NCBI GenBank assembly: GCA_037130455.1
Contig: JBAXSZ010000005.1
Location: 374 to 64,373, forward strand
Direction: 5' to 3'
Length of the DNA: 64,000 nt
Source of the DNA: Actinomycetes bacterium
Lineage (GTDB): Bacteria; Actinomycetota; Actinomycetes; Nanopelagicales; Nanopelagicaceae
Shown piece after piece: positions 28,543 through 39,308 of this stretch. The number at the start of each line of letters is the position of its first letter. The first letter of the stretch is position 1. The translations under genes were made by a program, and so were the position numbers. The notes under the pieces were generated by a model. That model did no database searches, was not told where the DNA came from, and worked only from the letters and a program-made list of their open reading frames with translations.

Positions 28543-29262
28543 CTATTTTGAGGGTCCATTTGTAGGCTCTATTAGAGAGTTCGCAATCTTTCGCGCAGCG
28601 ACCCTCATTGCCTCAGGAGATTCTTTCCAATAATTAGTGATGGGGCGCCCGATGACCACAAAATTGGCCCCAAGAGATATCGCTTGTTCCGGTGTCATGG
28701 TCCGCTTTTGATCTGCAGCATCTGCGCCAACTGGTCGAACACCAGGGGTTATCAATTCAATCGTGGGAGGAACTACTGCTCTAATGGCGGCGACCTCATT
28801 GGGCGAGCAGACTATCGATCGGGCGCCGGATGCGACGGCTAGTTGAGCCAAATTGACCGCCGATGCTACGGGTCCCTGAGCAAAACCGATCTGGTGAAGG
28901 TCTACTTCGTTGAGGGAAGTTAGAATCGTAACTGCTGTTATGGAAATTTCCGGAACCGCAGAAACAGCAGCAGAAATCATTTCGGATCCACCAGAGGCAT
29001 GTACCGTCAGAAATCTCGGTGCGATCGTTGCAATCGACTTTGTGGCCGCAGACACAGTGTTTGGAATGTCATGCAGTTTAAGATCAAGAAATAGTTCGAA
29101 ATCCCCAACGCTTCGCAGACTGTCAATTCCCGATTTTCCAAACTTGAGAAAAAATTCCAAACCGACTTTGTATATGGAAACGCTCTCAGAAGTTACCTCA
29201 ATCCAATTGCGGGCAACGTCCAACTCATCTGTATCAAGAGCCAGAATAATTTGCGACCTCAC
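28543..29262 (-). CDS. pyrF: Orotidine 5'-phosphate decarboxylase
   Basis: 239 aa with ILALDT and DLKLHDIPNTV motifs, and C-terminal IGRPI. Confidence 0.88.
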   Translation of the reverse strand: MRSQIILALDTDELDVARNWIEVTSESVSIYKVGLEFFLKFGKSGIDSLRSVGDFELFLDLKLHDIPNTVSAATKSIATIAPRFLTVHASGGSEMISAAVSAVPEISITAVTILTSLNEVDLHQIGFAQGPVASAVNLAQLAVASGARSIVCSPNEVAAIRAVVPPTIELITPGVRPVGADAADQKRTMTPEQAISLGANFVVIGRPITNYWKESPEAMRVAARKIANSLIEPTNGPSK

Positions 29263-29292
29263 TTAGTTCCCTCTCTTCATACTATTGCCCAC

Positions 29293-30234
29293 TCACGAAT
29301 CTCTGTGCGCAAATCCAATGGCTTCCTCTGTAGTCGAAAAGCCTTTCTCAACTAAAAGATCGCGCAGTTCATTCTTGACCTTGATCGCCGCCAACGGATT
29401 TCCAAAAGTTGCCGTACCAATCGAAACAGCAGAAGCGCCCGCCAAAATCAGTTCCAATGCATCTCTGCCAGACGCCACACCGCCCATTCCTAAAATACTT
29501 AACTGAGGCAAACGTTGGTGAACTTGATAAATTGCCCGAACTGCCACCGGTCGAATCGCCGGGCCAGATAATCCTCCGGTTTTTCCGGCCAATTTCGGTT
29601 TCATGGTGTTGGTATCAATCACCATTCCGAGCAAAGTATTAATTAGGGCAACACCGGAAGCGCCAGCTGAATGCACGCTTTCAGCGATGTCTGCAATGTT
29701 GGTTACATCCGGGGAAAGTTTTGCAATCAACGGAACGCGCAAATTAAGATTGGTTTTAACGGCATTGACTGCGGCATATGCAGTATCGGTGTGACAGGAA
29801 AATACCTGTCCGCGATTTTCTACGTTCGGGCAAGAAATATTAATTTCGATAGCAGAGATGCCGGGGATTCCATCGAGCTTCTTTGCTAACAAGGCATAAT
29901 CTTCCACGCTTTCGCCAGCGATGCTAATCACTATGGTTGCATTTTGGGATTTGAGCCATGGAATATCATCCGCTAAGAAATGGTCAATTCCAGGTCCTTG
30001 TAATCCGATCGAATTCAGCATCCCGCTAGGTGTCTCAGCCATTCTGGGAGTCGCTCGGCCAGATCGTGGTTTCATCATGATCGATTTTGTAACAATTCCA
30101 CCAAGCTCTTCCAAGGCGAAGAACTGAGCTAATTCCTTCCCAGATCCAGCGCAACCGCTGGCGGTGAATATGGGGTTAGAAAAGCGCTTCCCTCCTATTT
30201 GGGTAGAAAAATCAAAGCTCATAGCTCGCCCCAC
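29293..30234 (-). CDS. pyrD: Dihydroorotate dehydrogenase, class 1B catalytic subunit
   Basis: 313 aa with ASGCAGSGKE, an active-site Cys in NISCPN (class 1) and no N-terminal membrane helix. It is overlap-coupled to pyrK. Confidence 0.9.
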   Translation of the reverse strand: MGRAMSFDFSTQIGGKRFSNPIFTASGCAGSGKELAQFFALEELGGIVTKSIMMKPRSGRATPRMAETPSGMLNSIGLQGPGIDHFLADDIPWLKSQNATIVISIAGESVEDYALLAKKLDGIPGISAIEINISCPNVENRGQVFSCHTDTAYAAVNAVKTNLNLRVPLIAKLSPDVTNIADIAESVHSAGASGVALINTLLGMVIDTNTMKPKLAGKTGGLSGPAIRPVAVRAIYQVHQRLPQLSILGMGGVASGRDALELILAGASAVSIGTATFGNPLAAIKVKNELRDLLVEKGFSTTEEAIGFAHRDS

Positions 30235-31082
30235 GTACCCTCAGGAATTTTGCCATTGGTATTCCAAATAACGCTCTCGCTGTTCACCACAGGACCTTCG
30301 ATACAGCTTCGTTGCATTTTAATAACGCCATCTTCGTCTTTCATGGGAATCACGCAGGTCATGCACACACCAATACCGCAAGCCATGGATTCCTCTACTG
30401 CACATTGATGGGGAATCTGCATGAACGCGGCAATCTCGGAAATTGCGGCGAGCATTCCCATGGGACCGCACGAATAGATAACTTCAATATTATTTTTCTC
30501 AATAATCTCTGGAAGAAATTCGCTGACTCTTCCGTGTAGTCCAGCGCTTCCGTCATCGGTCGTGATGGTCATAGAATTTACCGAACGTTTGCCCTCTATA
30601 GGAGCATAGATTTTCGCGGCAGAACTTGCTCCCAAAACCATATCGACCCGGGAACCTCGATTTTTCAAAACTTCGGCAAGTCCAAATAATGGCGCCGAAC
30701 CGTATCCCCCACCAACGAGCAGCGCCCGAACGTTCTCCGTCGGGATACCGAATGATGTTCCTAGCGGACCGACCAAATCCACCTTAAAGCCGTTGGGAAG
30801 TGATGTCAGCCATTTGCTTCCACCTCCGTGCGGGGCGACAACCAGTTCCAGTAATCCGCCGATATGAGTTTTTGCACTGGCGCGATGTACGGCGAAAGCT
30901 CTACGCAAAATCATCGAAGAGGCTTCCCCTCCGACAGAGACTGCAACAAAATTTCCAGGTCTTACATAAGCGGCAAGATCTCCAACTTCAAAAACCATAT
31001 GATGGTAAGTGCCGACTCTCTTATTGCTGACAATTTCGGCGGCTATTTTTCTGGCGTGTTTATTGATCATCTTAGTAACCAC
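30219..31082 (-). CDS. pyrK: Dihydroorotate dehydrogenase electron-transfer subunit (FAD / 2Fe-2S)
   Basis: 287 aa with an FNR-like fold ([15 protein letters not shown]) and a C-terminal cluster [10 protein letters not shown]...C. Confidence 0.85.
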   Translation of the reverse strand: MVTKMINKHARKIAAEIVSNKRVGTYHHMVFEVGDLAAYVRPGNFVAVSVGGEASSMILRRAFAVHRASAKTHIGGLLELVVAPHGGGSKWLTSLPNGFKVDLVGPLGTSFGIPTENVRALLVGGGYGSAPLFGLAEVLKNRGSRVDMVLGASSAAKIYAPIEGKRSVNSMTITTDDGSAGLHGRVSEFLPEIIEKNNIEVIYSCGPMGMLAAISEIAAFMQIPHQCAVEESMACGIGVCMTCVIPMKDEDGVIKMQRSCIEGPVVNSESVIWNTNGKIPEGTWGEL

Positions 31083-34000
31083 TCTTGTAAGGAGTTGATT
31101 GAGAAATCCTTCACATGAAGTTCATTAATTCCGGCAGCAGCGGCCTTGAAGCCGGCGATGGTCGTGATGCAAGGAATTGATCGCTGGACAGCTGCTGTCC
31201 TAATCAGCCAACCATCCTGTCGAGTGCCGCGCCCAAGTGGGGTATTAATAACCAGGTTCACTTCTCCGGAATTAATGATTTCCAAAGCTGACCTACGGCC
31301 ATCATAGGTTTCTCTTTCGGAGTGCTTTCGGACTTGAATTGAATAAATCCCGTTCTCATTTAAGAAGTTATGCGTACCAGCGGTTGTAAAGATAAGGAAA
31401 CCTAATGAGTGCAACATACGAATCGGCTCGAGCGCACCCAATTTGTCACGGTTGGACAAGGAGAGAAAGACCGAACCTTTGCGAGGGAGTGCTCCGAAAG
31501 CAGCACTTTGGCTCTTTGAATATGCTTCGCCAAAGGTCGTAGCGATACCCATGACTTCACCAGTAGATCGCATTTCTGGACCAAGTACGGAATCCACACC
31601 CATCCCATCAATTCTTCGGAATCGATTCCACGGCAAAACCGCTTCCTTTACCGAAATTCCATGAGCGACACCATCACCAAATTCAGGGAGAAACTTCTTC
31701 TCTCGCAACTGCGAAATGGTCAGCCCTGTTGCAATAAGCGCTGCTGCTTTTGCAAGAGGATTTCCAGTGGCTTTAGAGACAAAAGGAACAGTTCGTGAAG
31801 CCCGTGGGTTAGCCTCCAAAACATAGAGTCTTGTGACACCCTGGGAATCTTTAGCTATTGCAAACTGAATATTAATCAACCCGCGGACACCGACATTGGT
31901 AGCAATCGTTTCAGTAGCGGAACGGATCGCGTGATGCATCTCTGAACCAATAGAAGTACTTGGCAATACGCAAGCAGAATCACCAGAATGAATTCCAGCC
32001 TCTTCAATATGCTCCATAACGCCGGCTAAGAAAAGCTCATGGCCGTCATAAAGTGCGTCAACATCGATTTCAATTGCATCATCAAGAAAACGGTCAATCA
32101 ATACCGGATGGTTTGGAGTGATTTCTGTAGCCCGTTCAATGAATCCTTCCAAAGATTCATCGTCGTAAACAATCTCCATTCCACGACCACCTAATACGAA
32201 GGAAGGTCTCACCAAAACTGGATAACTCAGGCGGTGGGCAATTTCCAAAGATTCAGCATAGGAATAGGCCATTCCGAATTGTGGCGCCAAGAGATTGTTC
32301 TTTCGTAAAATTTCGCCAAATGCGCCGCGTTCTTCCGCCAGGTCAATTGCATCAGGGCTAGTTCCCAAAATTGTGACTCCAGCCTCCATAAGTCCACGAG
32401 CAAGTCCTAAGGGAGTTTGTCCTCCTAGTTGGGCAATCACCCCGACAATGGGACCAGCAAGTGATTCAGCGTGAATTACTTCCAAGACATCTTCTAAGGT
32501 GAGAGGTTCGAAATAAAGTCGATCCGAAGTGTCGTAGTCCGTGGAGACTGTCTCAGGGTTGCAATTAATCATGATGGTTTCGTAGCCAGCCTCTTTCAAG
32601 GCATACGCTGCATGGACACAGGAATAATCGAATTCAACTCCCTGACCAATTCGATTAGGACCACTACCAAGGATAATTACGGCTGGCTTAAGGCGCGGAA
32701 GTACTTCATTCTCCATGTCATAGCTGGAGTAGTGATAAGGAGTATGCGCTTCAAATTCCGCAGCGCAAGTATCTACAGTTTTAAAAACTGGACGGACTCC
32801 ATGCCGGATTCGAATGGTGCGAACCTCCGCTTCGGATAAACCTGACAATTCCGATATTTGCGAGTCGGAGAAGCCGTTACTTTTCGCCTTTCGCAAAACG
32901 TCAACATTTAAATCACCGGAGTGCGCAATCTCTTTCGCAACGGAGTTGATGATTTGGATTTGCGACAAAAACCAAGGATCAATCTTAGTTAACGCATGAA
33001 CCTCTTCCAAAGTGGAACCAAGAAATAATGATTTCTGTACTTGTTGCAAGCGATACTCAGTTGGAATGCCGATATTTTCTAGTAGCCACGGCAACTCTTC
33101 AATTGAACCGACCCAGGAAAACGACATGCCTTTCTTCTCAACCGAGCGAAGTGCTTTCTGTAGCGCCTCAGTAAAACTACGACCTATCGCCATTGCCTCG
33201 CCCACACTTTTCATTGTGGTTGTTAAACGATGATCTGCTTCCGGAAACTTTTCGAAGGCGAATCTAGGCACTTTGACCACGACGTAATCCAAAGTTGGTT
33301 CAAATGAAGCTGGGGTCGACTTGGTGATGTCATTTTGAATTTCATCCAAAGTGTATCCAATCGCTAATTTGGTAGCGATCTTGGCAATTGGAAATCCCGT
33401 TGCCTTGGAGGCAAGTGCTGAGGATCTTGAGACTCTTGGATTCATCTCAATCACAATGATCCTGCCATCGTGGGGATTGACCGCAAACTGGATGTTGCAA
33501 CCGCCAGTGGCAACGCCTACTTCTCTAATAATATCGATCGACAAGTCTCGAAGTTTTTGATACTCCACATCTGTCAACGTCAGTGCTGGTGCAACGGTGA
33601 TGGAATCGCCAGTGTGCACTCCCATAGGATCAATATTTTCAATACTGCAAACAATCACCACATTATCTTTGTGGTCGCGCATAACTTCGAGCTCAAATTC
33701 CTTCCAACCAATAATGGATTCCTCAAGCAGTACTTCAGTTGTTGGGCTGTGACGCAATCCGGCTCCAGCGATCAACTCTAATTCGGCTTGGTTGTAAGCG
33801 ATTCCAGACCCTAATCCACCCATGGTAAAGGAAGGTCTTACAACAACGGGATAGTGCAATTCTTCAACTGCAGCTATGCACTCTTCCATTGCATGGCATA
33901 TCGTCGAGCGCGTAGATTGGCCACCTATCTTTTCAACTATTCCTTTAAATACTTCACGGTCTTCACCGCGTTTGATGGCAGGAATATCGGCGCCGATTAG

Positions 34001-34342
34001 TCGGGTGTTGTACTTCTCCAATAAACCATTCTCGTAGAGACCCATGGCCGCGTTAAGAGCAGTTTGACCGCCCAAAGTTGCCAATACCGCAGAAGGACGT
34101 TCCTTCGCCAATATCTTTTCAATAATTTCGGTGGTAATCGGTTCCACATAAGTTGCATCGGCAAATTCTGGGTCGGTCATGATTGTCGCTGGATTGGAAT
34201 TAATAAGGATTACTCGAATACCTTCAGCTTTAAGAACACGACAGGCTTGAGTTCCCGAATAATCGAACTCACAGGCCTGGCCAATAACGATCGGCCCGCT
34301 GCCAATGACTAAAACGCTTTCGATGCTCATGTCTCTAGGCAT
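31067..34342 (-). CDS. carB: Carbamoyl-phosphate synthase large subunit
   Basis: 1091 aa with duplicated ATP-grasp halves and a C-terminal MGS-like domain. It overlaps the carA stop. Confidence 0.95.
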   Translation of the reverse strand: MPRDMSIESVLVIGSGPIVIGQACEFDYSGTQACRVLKAEGIRVILINSNPATIMTDPEFADATYVEPITTEIIEKILAKERPSAVLATLGGQTALNAAMGLYENGLLEKYNTRLIGADIPAIKRGEDREVFKGIVEKIGGQSTRSTICHAMEECIAAVEELHYPVVVRPSFTMGGLGSGIAYNQAELELIAGAGLRHSPTTEVLLEESIIGWKEFELEVMRDHKDNVVIVCSIENIDPMGVHTGDSITVAPALTLTDVEYQKLRDLSIDIIREVGVATGGCNIQFAVNPHDGRIIVIEMNPRVSRSSALASKATGFPIAKIATKLAIGYTLDEIQNDITKSTPASFEPTLDYVVVKVPRFAFEKFPEADHRLTTTMKSVGEAMAIGRSFTEALQKALRSVEKKGMSFSWVGSIEELPWLLENIGIPTEYRLQQVQKSLFLGSTLEEVHALTKIDPWFLSQIQIINSVAKEIAHSGDLNVDVLRKAKSNGFSDSQISELSGLSEAEVRTIRIRHGVRPVFKTVDTCAAEFEAHTPYHYSSYDMENEVLPRLKPAVIILGSGPNRIGQGVEFDYSCVHAAYALKEAGYETIMINCNPETVSTDYDTSDRLYFEPLTLEDVLEVIHAESLAGPIVGVIAQLGGQTPLGLARGLMEAGVTILGTSPDAIDLAEERGAFGEILRKNNLLAPQFGMAYSYAESLEIAHRLSYPVLVRPSFVLGGRGMEIVYDDESLEGFIERATEITPNHPVLIDRFLDDAIEIDVDALYDGHELFLAGVMEHIEEAGIHSGDSACVLPSTSIGSEMHHAIRSATETIATNVGVRGLINIQFAIAKDSQGVTRLYVLEANPRASRTVPFVSKATGNPLAKAAALIATGLTISQLREKKFLPEFGDGVAHGISVKEAVLPWNRFRRIDGMGVDSVLGPEMRSTGEVMGIATTFGEAYSKSQSAAFGALPRKGSVFLSLSNRDKLGALEPIRMLHSLGFLIFTTAGTHNFLNENGIYSIQVRKHSERETYDGRRSALEIINSGEVNLVINTPLGRGTRQDGWLIRTAAVQRSIPCITTIAGFKAAAAGINELHVKDFSINSLQEWLLR

Positions 34343-35474
34343 GGGATCCAGCTTTCTTAGTCGATGATTTATGCATGAGATCTACAAAATGGTCGAAGAG
34401 GTAAGTAGCATCGTGTGGCCCAGCTGCGGCTTCCGGATGGTATTGCACGCTAAAAGCCGGATTTTCAATCAACTCCAAACCTTCTACAACGCCATCGTTT
34501 AAACAAATGTGACTGACATAGCCAGACCCATAAACCGTGGAGAAGTTATTGGAAATTGGAGCTTTCACGGCAAAACCATGATTATGGGCCGTTATCTCAA
34601 CTTTCCTCGAATTAGTATTTTGTACCGGTTGATTGATGCCCCTATGTCCAAATGGCAACTTATAGGTGTCAAAACCCAGTGCTCGCCCTAATATTTGATG
34701 ACCAAAACAAATTCCAAATATCGGCATCTGTTCCAAGAGCAATGCCCGCACCAGCAGAACAATTTCGTTCATGGTGGATGGGTCACCTGGGCCATTTGAT
34801 AGAAATACTCCATCTGGGTTTATAGCCTTAATGTCATCGAGCGAGCTGGACAAAGGCATTACATGAACTTCGATTCCTCTTGCTGCCATCGCTCGCGGGG
34901 TGGCCGACTTAATTCCAAGGTCAAGTGCGGCAACAACGAATTGCGTTGCTACTCCCGCCGGAGGCTTAATCACATATTCCTTTGGCGTGGAAACATCAGC
35001 CGCAAGAAAGGCGCCAGCCATCTGAGGAGATTTTCGGACTCGAACAACCATTTCGTCGCGAGTGAGTTGCATATCTGAAAAGATTCCAACTCTCATAGCG
35101 CCACGATCGCGCAAATGACGAGTTATGGCTCGAGTATCTACTCCTCTAATGCCAACAACTCCCGCTTCAATCAATGACTCTTCTAAACTCCTCTCCGAAC
35201 GCCAATTGCTCGGTATGGGAGAAGGATTGCGTACAACAAATCCAGAAACCCAAATGCGTTCTGACTCTTCATCGTGATGATTCATTCCAGTATTGCCGAT
35301 ATGAGGAGAAGTCATAATTACGATCTGCTTGTAATAAGAAGGGTCCGTAAGAGTCTCCTGATATCCCGTCATGCCAGTGGAAAAGACTGCCTCTCCAAAA
35401 GTTTCACCAACTCCGGCCCAAGGTTCGCCCTCAAAAACAGCGCCATCGTCCAATACGAGATAAGCCTTACGCAT
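34335..35474 (-). CDS. carA: Carbamoyl-phosphate synthase small (glutaminase) subunit
   Basis: Amidotransferase triad region GICFGHQIL and HNHGF..QYHPEA. I chose the ATG at 35474 ([11 protein letters not shown]); the ORF track starts at a GTG three codons upstream. Confidence 0.93.
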   Translation of the reverse strand: MRKAYLVLDDGAVFEGEPWAGVGETFGEAVFSTGMTGYQETLTDPSYYKQIVIMTSPHIGNTGMNHHDEESERIWVSGFVVRNPSPIPSNWRSERSLEESLIEAGVVGIRGVDTRAITRHLRDRGAMRVGIFSDMQLTRDEMVVRVRKSPQMAGAFLAADVSTPKEYVIKPPAGVATQFVVAALDLGIKSATPRAMAARGIEVHVMPLSSSLDDIKAINPDGVFLSNGPGDPSTMNEIVLLVRALLLEQMPIFGICFGHQILGRALGFDTYKLPFGHRGINQPVQNTNSRKVEITAHNHGFAVKAPISNNFSTVYGSGYVSHICLNDGVVEGLELIENPAFSVQYHPEAAAGPHDATYLFDHFVDLMHKSSTKKAGSHA

Positions 35475-36765
35475 GTTTCGCACCTGCCACGGTTCCGTTA
35501 TTCAAAACAATTTTGCCATTAAAGATCGTGTACTTAACTTTTGCCGAAAAGCTCATTCCGTGAAATGGAGTATTTTTACTTTTCGAACTCATCATCTGTC
35601 GATCAACTTCCCATATTTCGTGTGGATTGACCACCACGAGATTGGCTTTCGAACCCACAGCAATCTCTTGACCATGTTCGGAATAGCGTGAGATTTTCGC
35701 TGGAGCGATCGACATCCGATCCACCAAATCCACCCACGACATTAACCCCGTTTCAATCATTGTCTTGGCGACTATCGCGAGCGAAGTCTCAAGACCAATC
35801 ATGCCGAATGCGGCGGCTTGCCATTCACATTCCTTATCTTCGGTTGGATGAGGTGCATGATCTGTGGCAACGACATCTATGGTCCCATCGGCTAAGCCTT
35901 GACGAAGGGCGAGAACGTCAGCAGCAGTTCGTAAGGGTGGGTTGACTTTGTAAATTGGATCGTAACCGTAGACAGATTCGTCCGTGAGCAAAAGATGATG
36001 GGGTGTAACTTCTGCCGTTACCTTTACACCGCGAGATTTTGCCCAGCGGACTAATTCAACTCCCCCAGCCGTTGTGAGATGGCAGATATGTAGGCGGCTA
36101 CCCACATGTTCGGCCAACAAGATATCTCTGGCAATTATCGCTTCTTCGGCGATAGCTGGCCATCCGGTTAGACCAAGCAAGGAAGAGACAACACCTTCAT
36201 TCATTTGTGCGCCGACGGTGAGTCGAGGATCTTGGGCGTGTTGGGCGATGATTCCATCAAAAGTTTTAACGTACTCCAAGGCGCGGCGCATGATCAAAGG
36301 ATCGTCCACGCAATGGCCATCATCGCTAAAGATACGAACCTGTGCTACCGAAGAAGCCATCGCTCCCAACTCAGCTAATTGCAAACCCTGTTGACCTTGA
36401 GTAACAGCGCCAATGGGGAAAACATCGCAGAGACCTGTTTCATGTCCTAGTCGAAGTATCTTCTCCACGACTCCGGCAGTATCTGCCACTGGATTTGTAT
36501 TGGCCATTGCTGATACTGCGGTGTAACCACCAGCTACTGCGGCCTTGGAACCAGTGAGGACGGTTTCTGAATCCTCTCTTCCCGGTTCGCGCAAATGTGT
36601 ATGCATATCGACCAAGCCAGGTAACAAGTAGTTTCCCTCGATATCAATTATCTCTTCTTCATTAGCAATGAGCGATATTCCTACTTCTTGAATATGTTCC
36701 CCAGCAATTCTCACATCAACTAGCTGGCCGTTAGCAAGTTTTGCATTTTTTATCAGTAAAAACAC
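35467..36765 (-). CDS. pyrC: Dihydroorotase
   Basis: 432 aa with the metal-binding motif DMHTHLREPG and DHAPH. Confidence 0.9.
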   Translation of the reverse strand: MFLLIKNAKLANGQLVDVRIAGEHIQEVGISLIANEEEIIDIEGNYLLPGLVDMHTHLREPGREDSETVLTGSKAAVAGGYTAVSAMANTNPVADTAGVVEKILRLGHETGLCDVFPIGAVTQGQQGLQLAELGAMASSVAQVRIFSDDGHCVDDPLIMRRALEYVKTFDGIIAQHAQDPRLTVGAQMNEGVVSSLLGLTGWPAIAEEAIIARDILLAEHVGSRLHICHLTTAGGVELVRWAKSRGVKVTAEVTPHHLLLTDESVYGYDPIYKVNPPLRTAADVLALRQGLADGTIDVVATDHAPHPTEDKECEWQAAAFGMIGLETSLAIVAKTMIETGLMSWVDLVDRMSIAPAKISRYSEHGQEIAVGSKANLVVVNPHEIWEVDRQMMSSKSKNTPFHGMSFSAKVKYTIFNGKIVLNNGTVAGAKHA

Positions 36766-36767
36766 GA

Positions 36768-37724
36768 TTAGCCTTCCGTTCCGGCAGTAAGTGGAACTCC
36801 GCCAAGAAGTGAGTACAACACTGCCATGCGAACAAGTACGCCGTTGGAAACCTGCTCCACTATTACCGAACGTGCAGAATCGGCACCTTCTGCAGTTATC
36901 TCCAAACCTCTATTCATGGGACCAGGATGCATAACGATTGCTTGGGATTTCATGGCTTCCAGTCGAGCATTGGAAAGACCATACCAACGAGAATATTCTC
37001 TTGATGAAGGAAAAAAGGAATCGCTCATACGCTCTTGCTGAATGCGTAACATCATTACGACATCCATATCAGCGATCACTTCATCGAAATGCAATGAAGT
37101 AGTCACTGGCCAAGCCTCAATCCCAACAGGTAACAAGGTCGGAGGAGCTACGACGGTCACGCTTGCTCCCAATTTAGACAGAAGAAGCACATTACTTCTA
37201 GCTACTCGGGAGTGAAGGATGTCCCCAACAATCGCAATCTTCAGCCCCGTCAGATCCGCAACATCACGACCGGAGTGCTTCCAAATTGTGAAAGCATCGA
37301 GAAGAGCTTGGGTCGGATGTTCATGTGTTCCATCTCCTGCATTAATGACAGATGCCGAAATCCAACCAGAATCTGCTAAGCGAGCTGCTGCTCCAGAAGC
37401 ACCATGTCGAATTACCACTGCATCCGCACCCATAGCCTGCAAAGTTTGAGCTGTATCTTTAAGACTCTCCCCTTTGCTGACACTGGAACCTTTGGCAGAA
37501 AAATTAATGACATCGGCCGATAGGCGTTTAGCCGCCGATTCAAATGAGATGCGAGTTCGTGTGGAGTCTTCGAAAAATAGATTCACCACAGTACGTCCAC
37601 GAAGTGTGGGTAATTTCTTATTGGGACCATCAGTGATCTTGCGAAGCTCTTCTGCAGTAGCCAAAATATTTTGAGCCTGAACAGCCGTTAAGTCATTGAT
37701 CGAGAGCAGATGAGAACTAGTCAT
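36768..37724 (-). CDS. pyrB: Aspartate carbamoyltransferase catalytic subunit
   Basis: 318 aa with [15 protein letters not shown] and HPGPMNRG. Confidence 0.93.
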   Translation of the reverse strand: MTSSHLLSINDLTAVQAQNILATAEELRKITDGPNKKLPTLRGRTVVNLFFEDSTRTRISFESAAKRLSADVINFSAKGSSVSKGESLKDTAQTLQAMGADAVVIRHGASGAAARLADSGWISASVINAGDGTHEHPTQALLDAFTIWKHSGRDVADLTGLKIAIVGDILHSRVARSNVLLLSKLGASVTVVAPPTLLPVGIEAWPVTTSLHFDEVIADMDVVMMLRIQQERMSDSFFPSSREYSRWYGLSNARLEAMKSQAIVMHPGPMNRGLEITAEGADSARSVIVEQVSNGVLVRMAVLYSLLGGVPLTAGTEG

Positions 37725-38248
37725 TTGGCACCCAGGATTTCAACGCCATCGTCGGAATCTATTTCACAAAGGGAAACTTTGACATTTTCCTGCGCTGAGG
37801 TTGGAATGTTCTTTCCGACATAATCGGCTCGAATTGGCAGTTCGCGATGACCTCTGTCAACGAGAACCGCCAGTTGAACTGTCCGTGGCCTGCCAATTTC
37901 ACCCAGCGCATCTAATGCAGCGCGAATCGTTCGGCCCGAGTAGAGAACGTCGTCGACAAGAACCACATCGCGCCCTTCGACGCCGCCAGGCGGAAGCAGG
38001 GTTGGTAACAAAGCTCGAGGCGGCCGCATTCGCAGGTCGTCGCGATGCAAGGTGATATCTAGAGTTCCAACCGGCGGAGTGAGTTCAATTTCCCCGAGGA
38101 TTTTCGCAATTCGCTGGGCAAGATATGCCCCTCGAGTAGGGATTCCCAAAAGCGTGACATTGGCTAGGCCATGATTGTGTTCCACAATTTCGTGGGAAAT
38201 GCGCTTAAGAGCGCGATTGATATCGCCAGCATCTAAAACAATACTCAT
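37721..38248 (-). CDS. pyrR: Bifunctional pyr operon regulator / uracil phosphoribosyltransferase PyrR
   Basis: 175 aa with PRPP loop [21 protein letters not shown]. It is the first gene of the pyr operon, and a cognate RNA box lies upstream. Confidence 0.9.
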   Translation of the reverse strand: MSIVLDAGDINRALKRISHEIVEHNHGLANVTLLGIPTRGAYLAQRIAKILGEIELTPPVGTLDITLHRDDLRMRPPRALLPTLLPPGGVEGRDVVLVDDVLYSGRTIRAALDALGEIGRPRTVQLAVLVDRGHRELPIRADYVGKNIPTSAQENVKVSLCEIDSDDGVEILGAK

Positions 38249-38251
38249 TAC

Positions 38252-38280
38252 AACTCCTTCGCCGCCTCTCTGGACGGATC
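38252..38280 (-). promoter_or_regulatory. PyrR-binding RNA box adjacent to the pyrR Shine-Dalgarno sequence
   Basis: The minus-strand RNA reads GAUCCGUCCAGAGAGGCGGCGAAGGAGUUGUAAUG. UCCAGAGAGG matches the conserved core of PyrR binding loops. The GAAGGAG SD starts 3-4 nt after the box and the ATG lies at 38248. Confidence 0.6.
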
Positions 38281-38372
38281 GTTAAAGGATTACCTGGCAA
38301 AGATACCATTATTTTCTCCAGGGCTGTGGAGAAGCTCAGTGGGTGTCGATGGGTTTTGGTTAACGTGTGGCG

Positions 38373-38888
38373 ATGAAATCCAATTCCGTAGCCCCCCGAC
38401 CGCATCAGCTCAATATGTTAGAAATTGGGGCGCAACTTCGTGCCATTCGTAAACAAAAAGGCCTAACCCTTCAAGGGGTTCAAAAACTCTCCGACGGACG
38501 TTGGAAAGCAGTGGTAGTTGGCTCCTATGAACGAAACGATCGAACTCTCTCGCTCAAGCGCGCCATCGAATTAGCCGACTTCTACCAAGTTCCACTTACC
38601 GAACTTCTGGGTTTGAGCTCGGACCAAGGCATCTTCTCTCGCGGCGAATTACGTCTAGACCTGCGAAGTATCGCCCGAAAGTCTGAGTATGACGATCAAG
38701 TACGGAACATTCACACTTTTACCCTGTGGATATGTGCCCGGCGTCGGGATTGGAACGGAGAGATTCTCTCGCTTCGCCGTGACGATTTATCCCTCCTTGC
38801 CATAGTTACCTTCTTGGCTGAGGCGGAGGTGGAAAGTTTGTTGAATTCGGCTGGTCTCCTATTTCCGCAGCCAATTCTGCGACAATAA
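38373..38888 (+). CDS. bldD: BldD-like XRE-family developmental/c-di-GMP-responsive transcriptional regulator
   Basis: It is closely collinear with my recollection of Streptomyces BldD (LRAIRKQKGLTLQGV...GRWKAVVVGSYERNDRTLSLKR..ELADFY.VP). It has the C-terminal RRD-x8-RRDD signature. It is divergent from pyrR and next to nusB-efp, as at the Streptomyces bldD locus. The start is uncertain (GTG 38367, ATG 38373 or ATG 38415). A TAACGT hexamer lies 6 nt upstream of ATG 38373. Confidence 0.75.
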   Translation: MKSNSVAPRPHQLNMLEIGAQLRAIRKQKGLTLQGVQKLSDGRWKAVVVGSYERNDRTLSLKRAIELADFYQVPLTELLGLSSDQGIFSRGELRLDLRSIARKSEYDDQVRNIHTFTLWICARRRDWNGEILSLRRDDLSLLAIVTFLAEAEVESLLNSAGLLFPQPILRQ

Positions 38889-38900
38889 CCCGTGGAACTT

Positions 38901-39308
38901 CTAAAGTGGGATAGCCGCTTTGAGCATGGAAACACGACCTAAAACGCCATTGATATAACTGGAAGATTCGGCAGTTGAGATCTCTTCCGCAATGGAGATC
39001 GCCTCATCTATGGCGATTTGGTCATCTAACTCCCCTTGCCACAGGATTTCGAAGAGAGCAATACGCATGATGTTTCGGTCCAACGCCGGCATCCGATCCA
39101 TATCCCATCCCTGGGCATAGGTGGTAATTAACTCATCAATTTTTCTTCGATGTTCTTGCACGCCTAAAACCAAGGTATGGGTGTAGTCGCCTTCGGACAA
39201 CTCCGAAGGAGGTCGACTTTCCAGCAATTGCAGTGGATCAATCTTCTTCATTTCCGCTTCATAGAGAAAATCAACTGCTCGCTTTCGAGCCTTTCTCCGT
39301 GCGGTCAC
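38901..39308 (-). CDS. nusB: Transcription antitermination factor NusB
   Basis: 135 aa (ARRKARKRAVDFLYEAE...). The GTG start shares one nucleotide with the efp stop. Confidence 0.88.
   Translation of the reverse strand: MTARRKARKRAVDFLYEAEMKKIDPLQLLESRPPSELSEGDYTHTLVLGVQEHRRKIDELITTYAQGWDMDRMPALDRNIMRIALFEILWQGELDDQIAIDEAISIAEEISTAESSSYINGVLGRVSMLKAAIPL

Noticed and set aside
38249-38415. BldD autoregulatory box upstream of bldD
   Set aside because: I scanned both strands by eye for TnACnC[A/T]GnGTnA and found no match. The operator may differ in this lineage.
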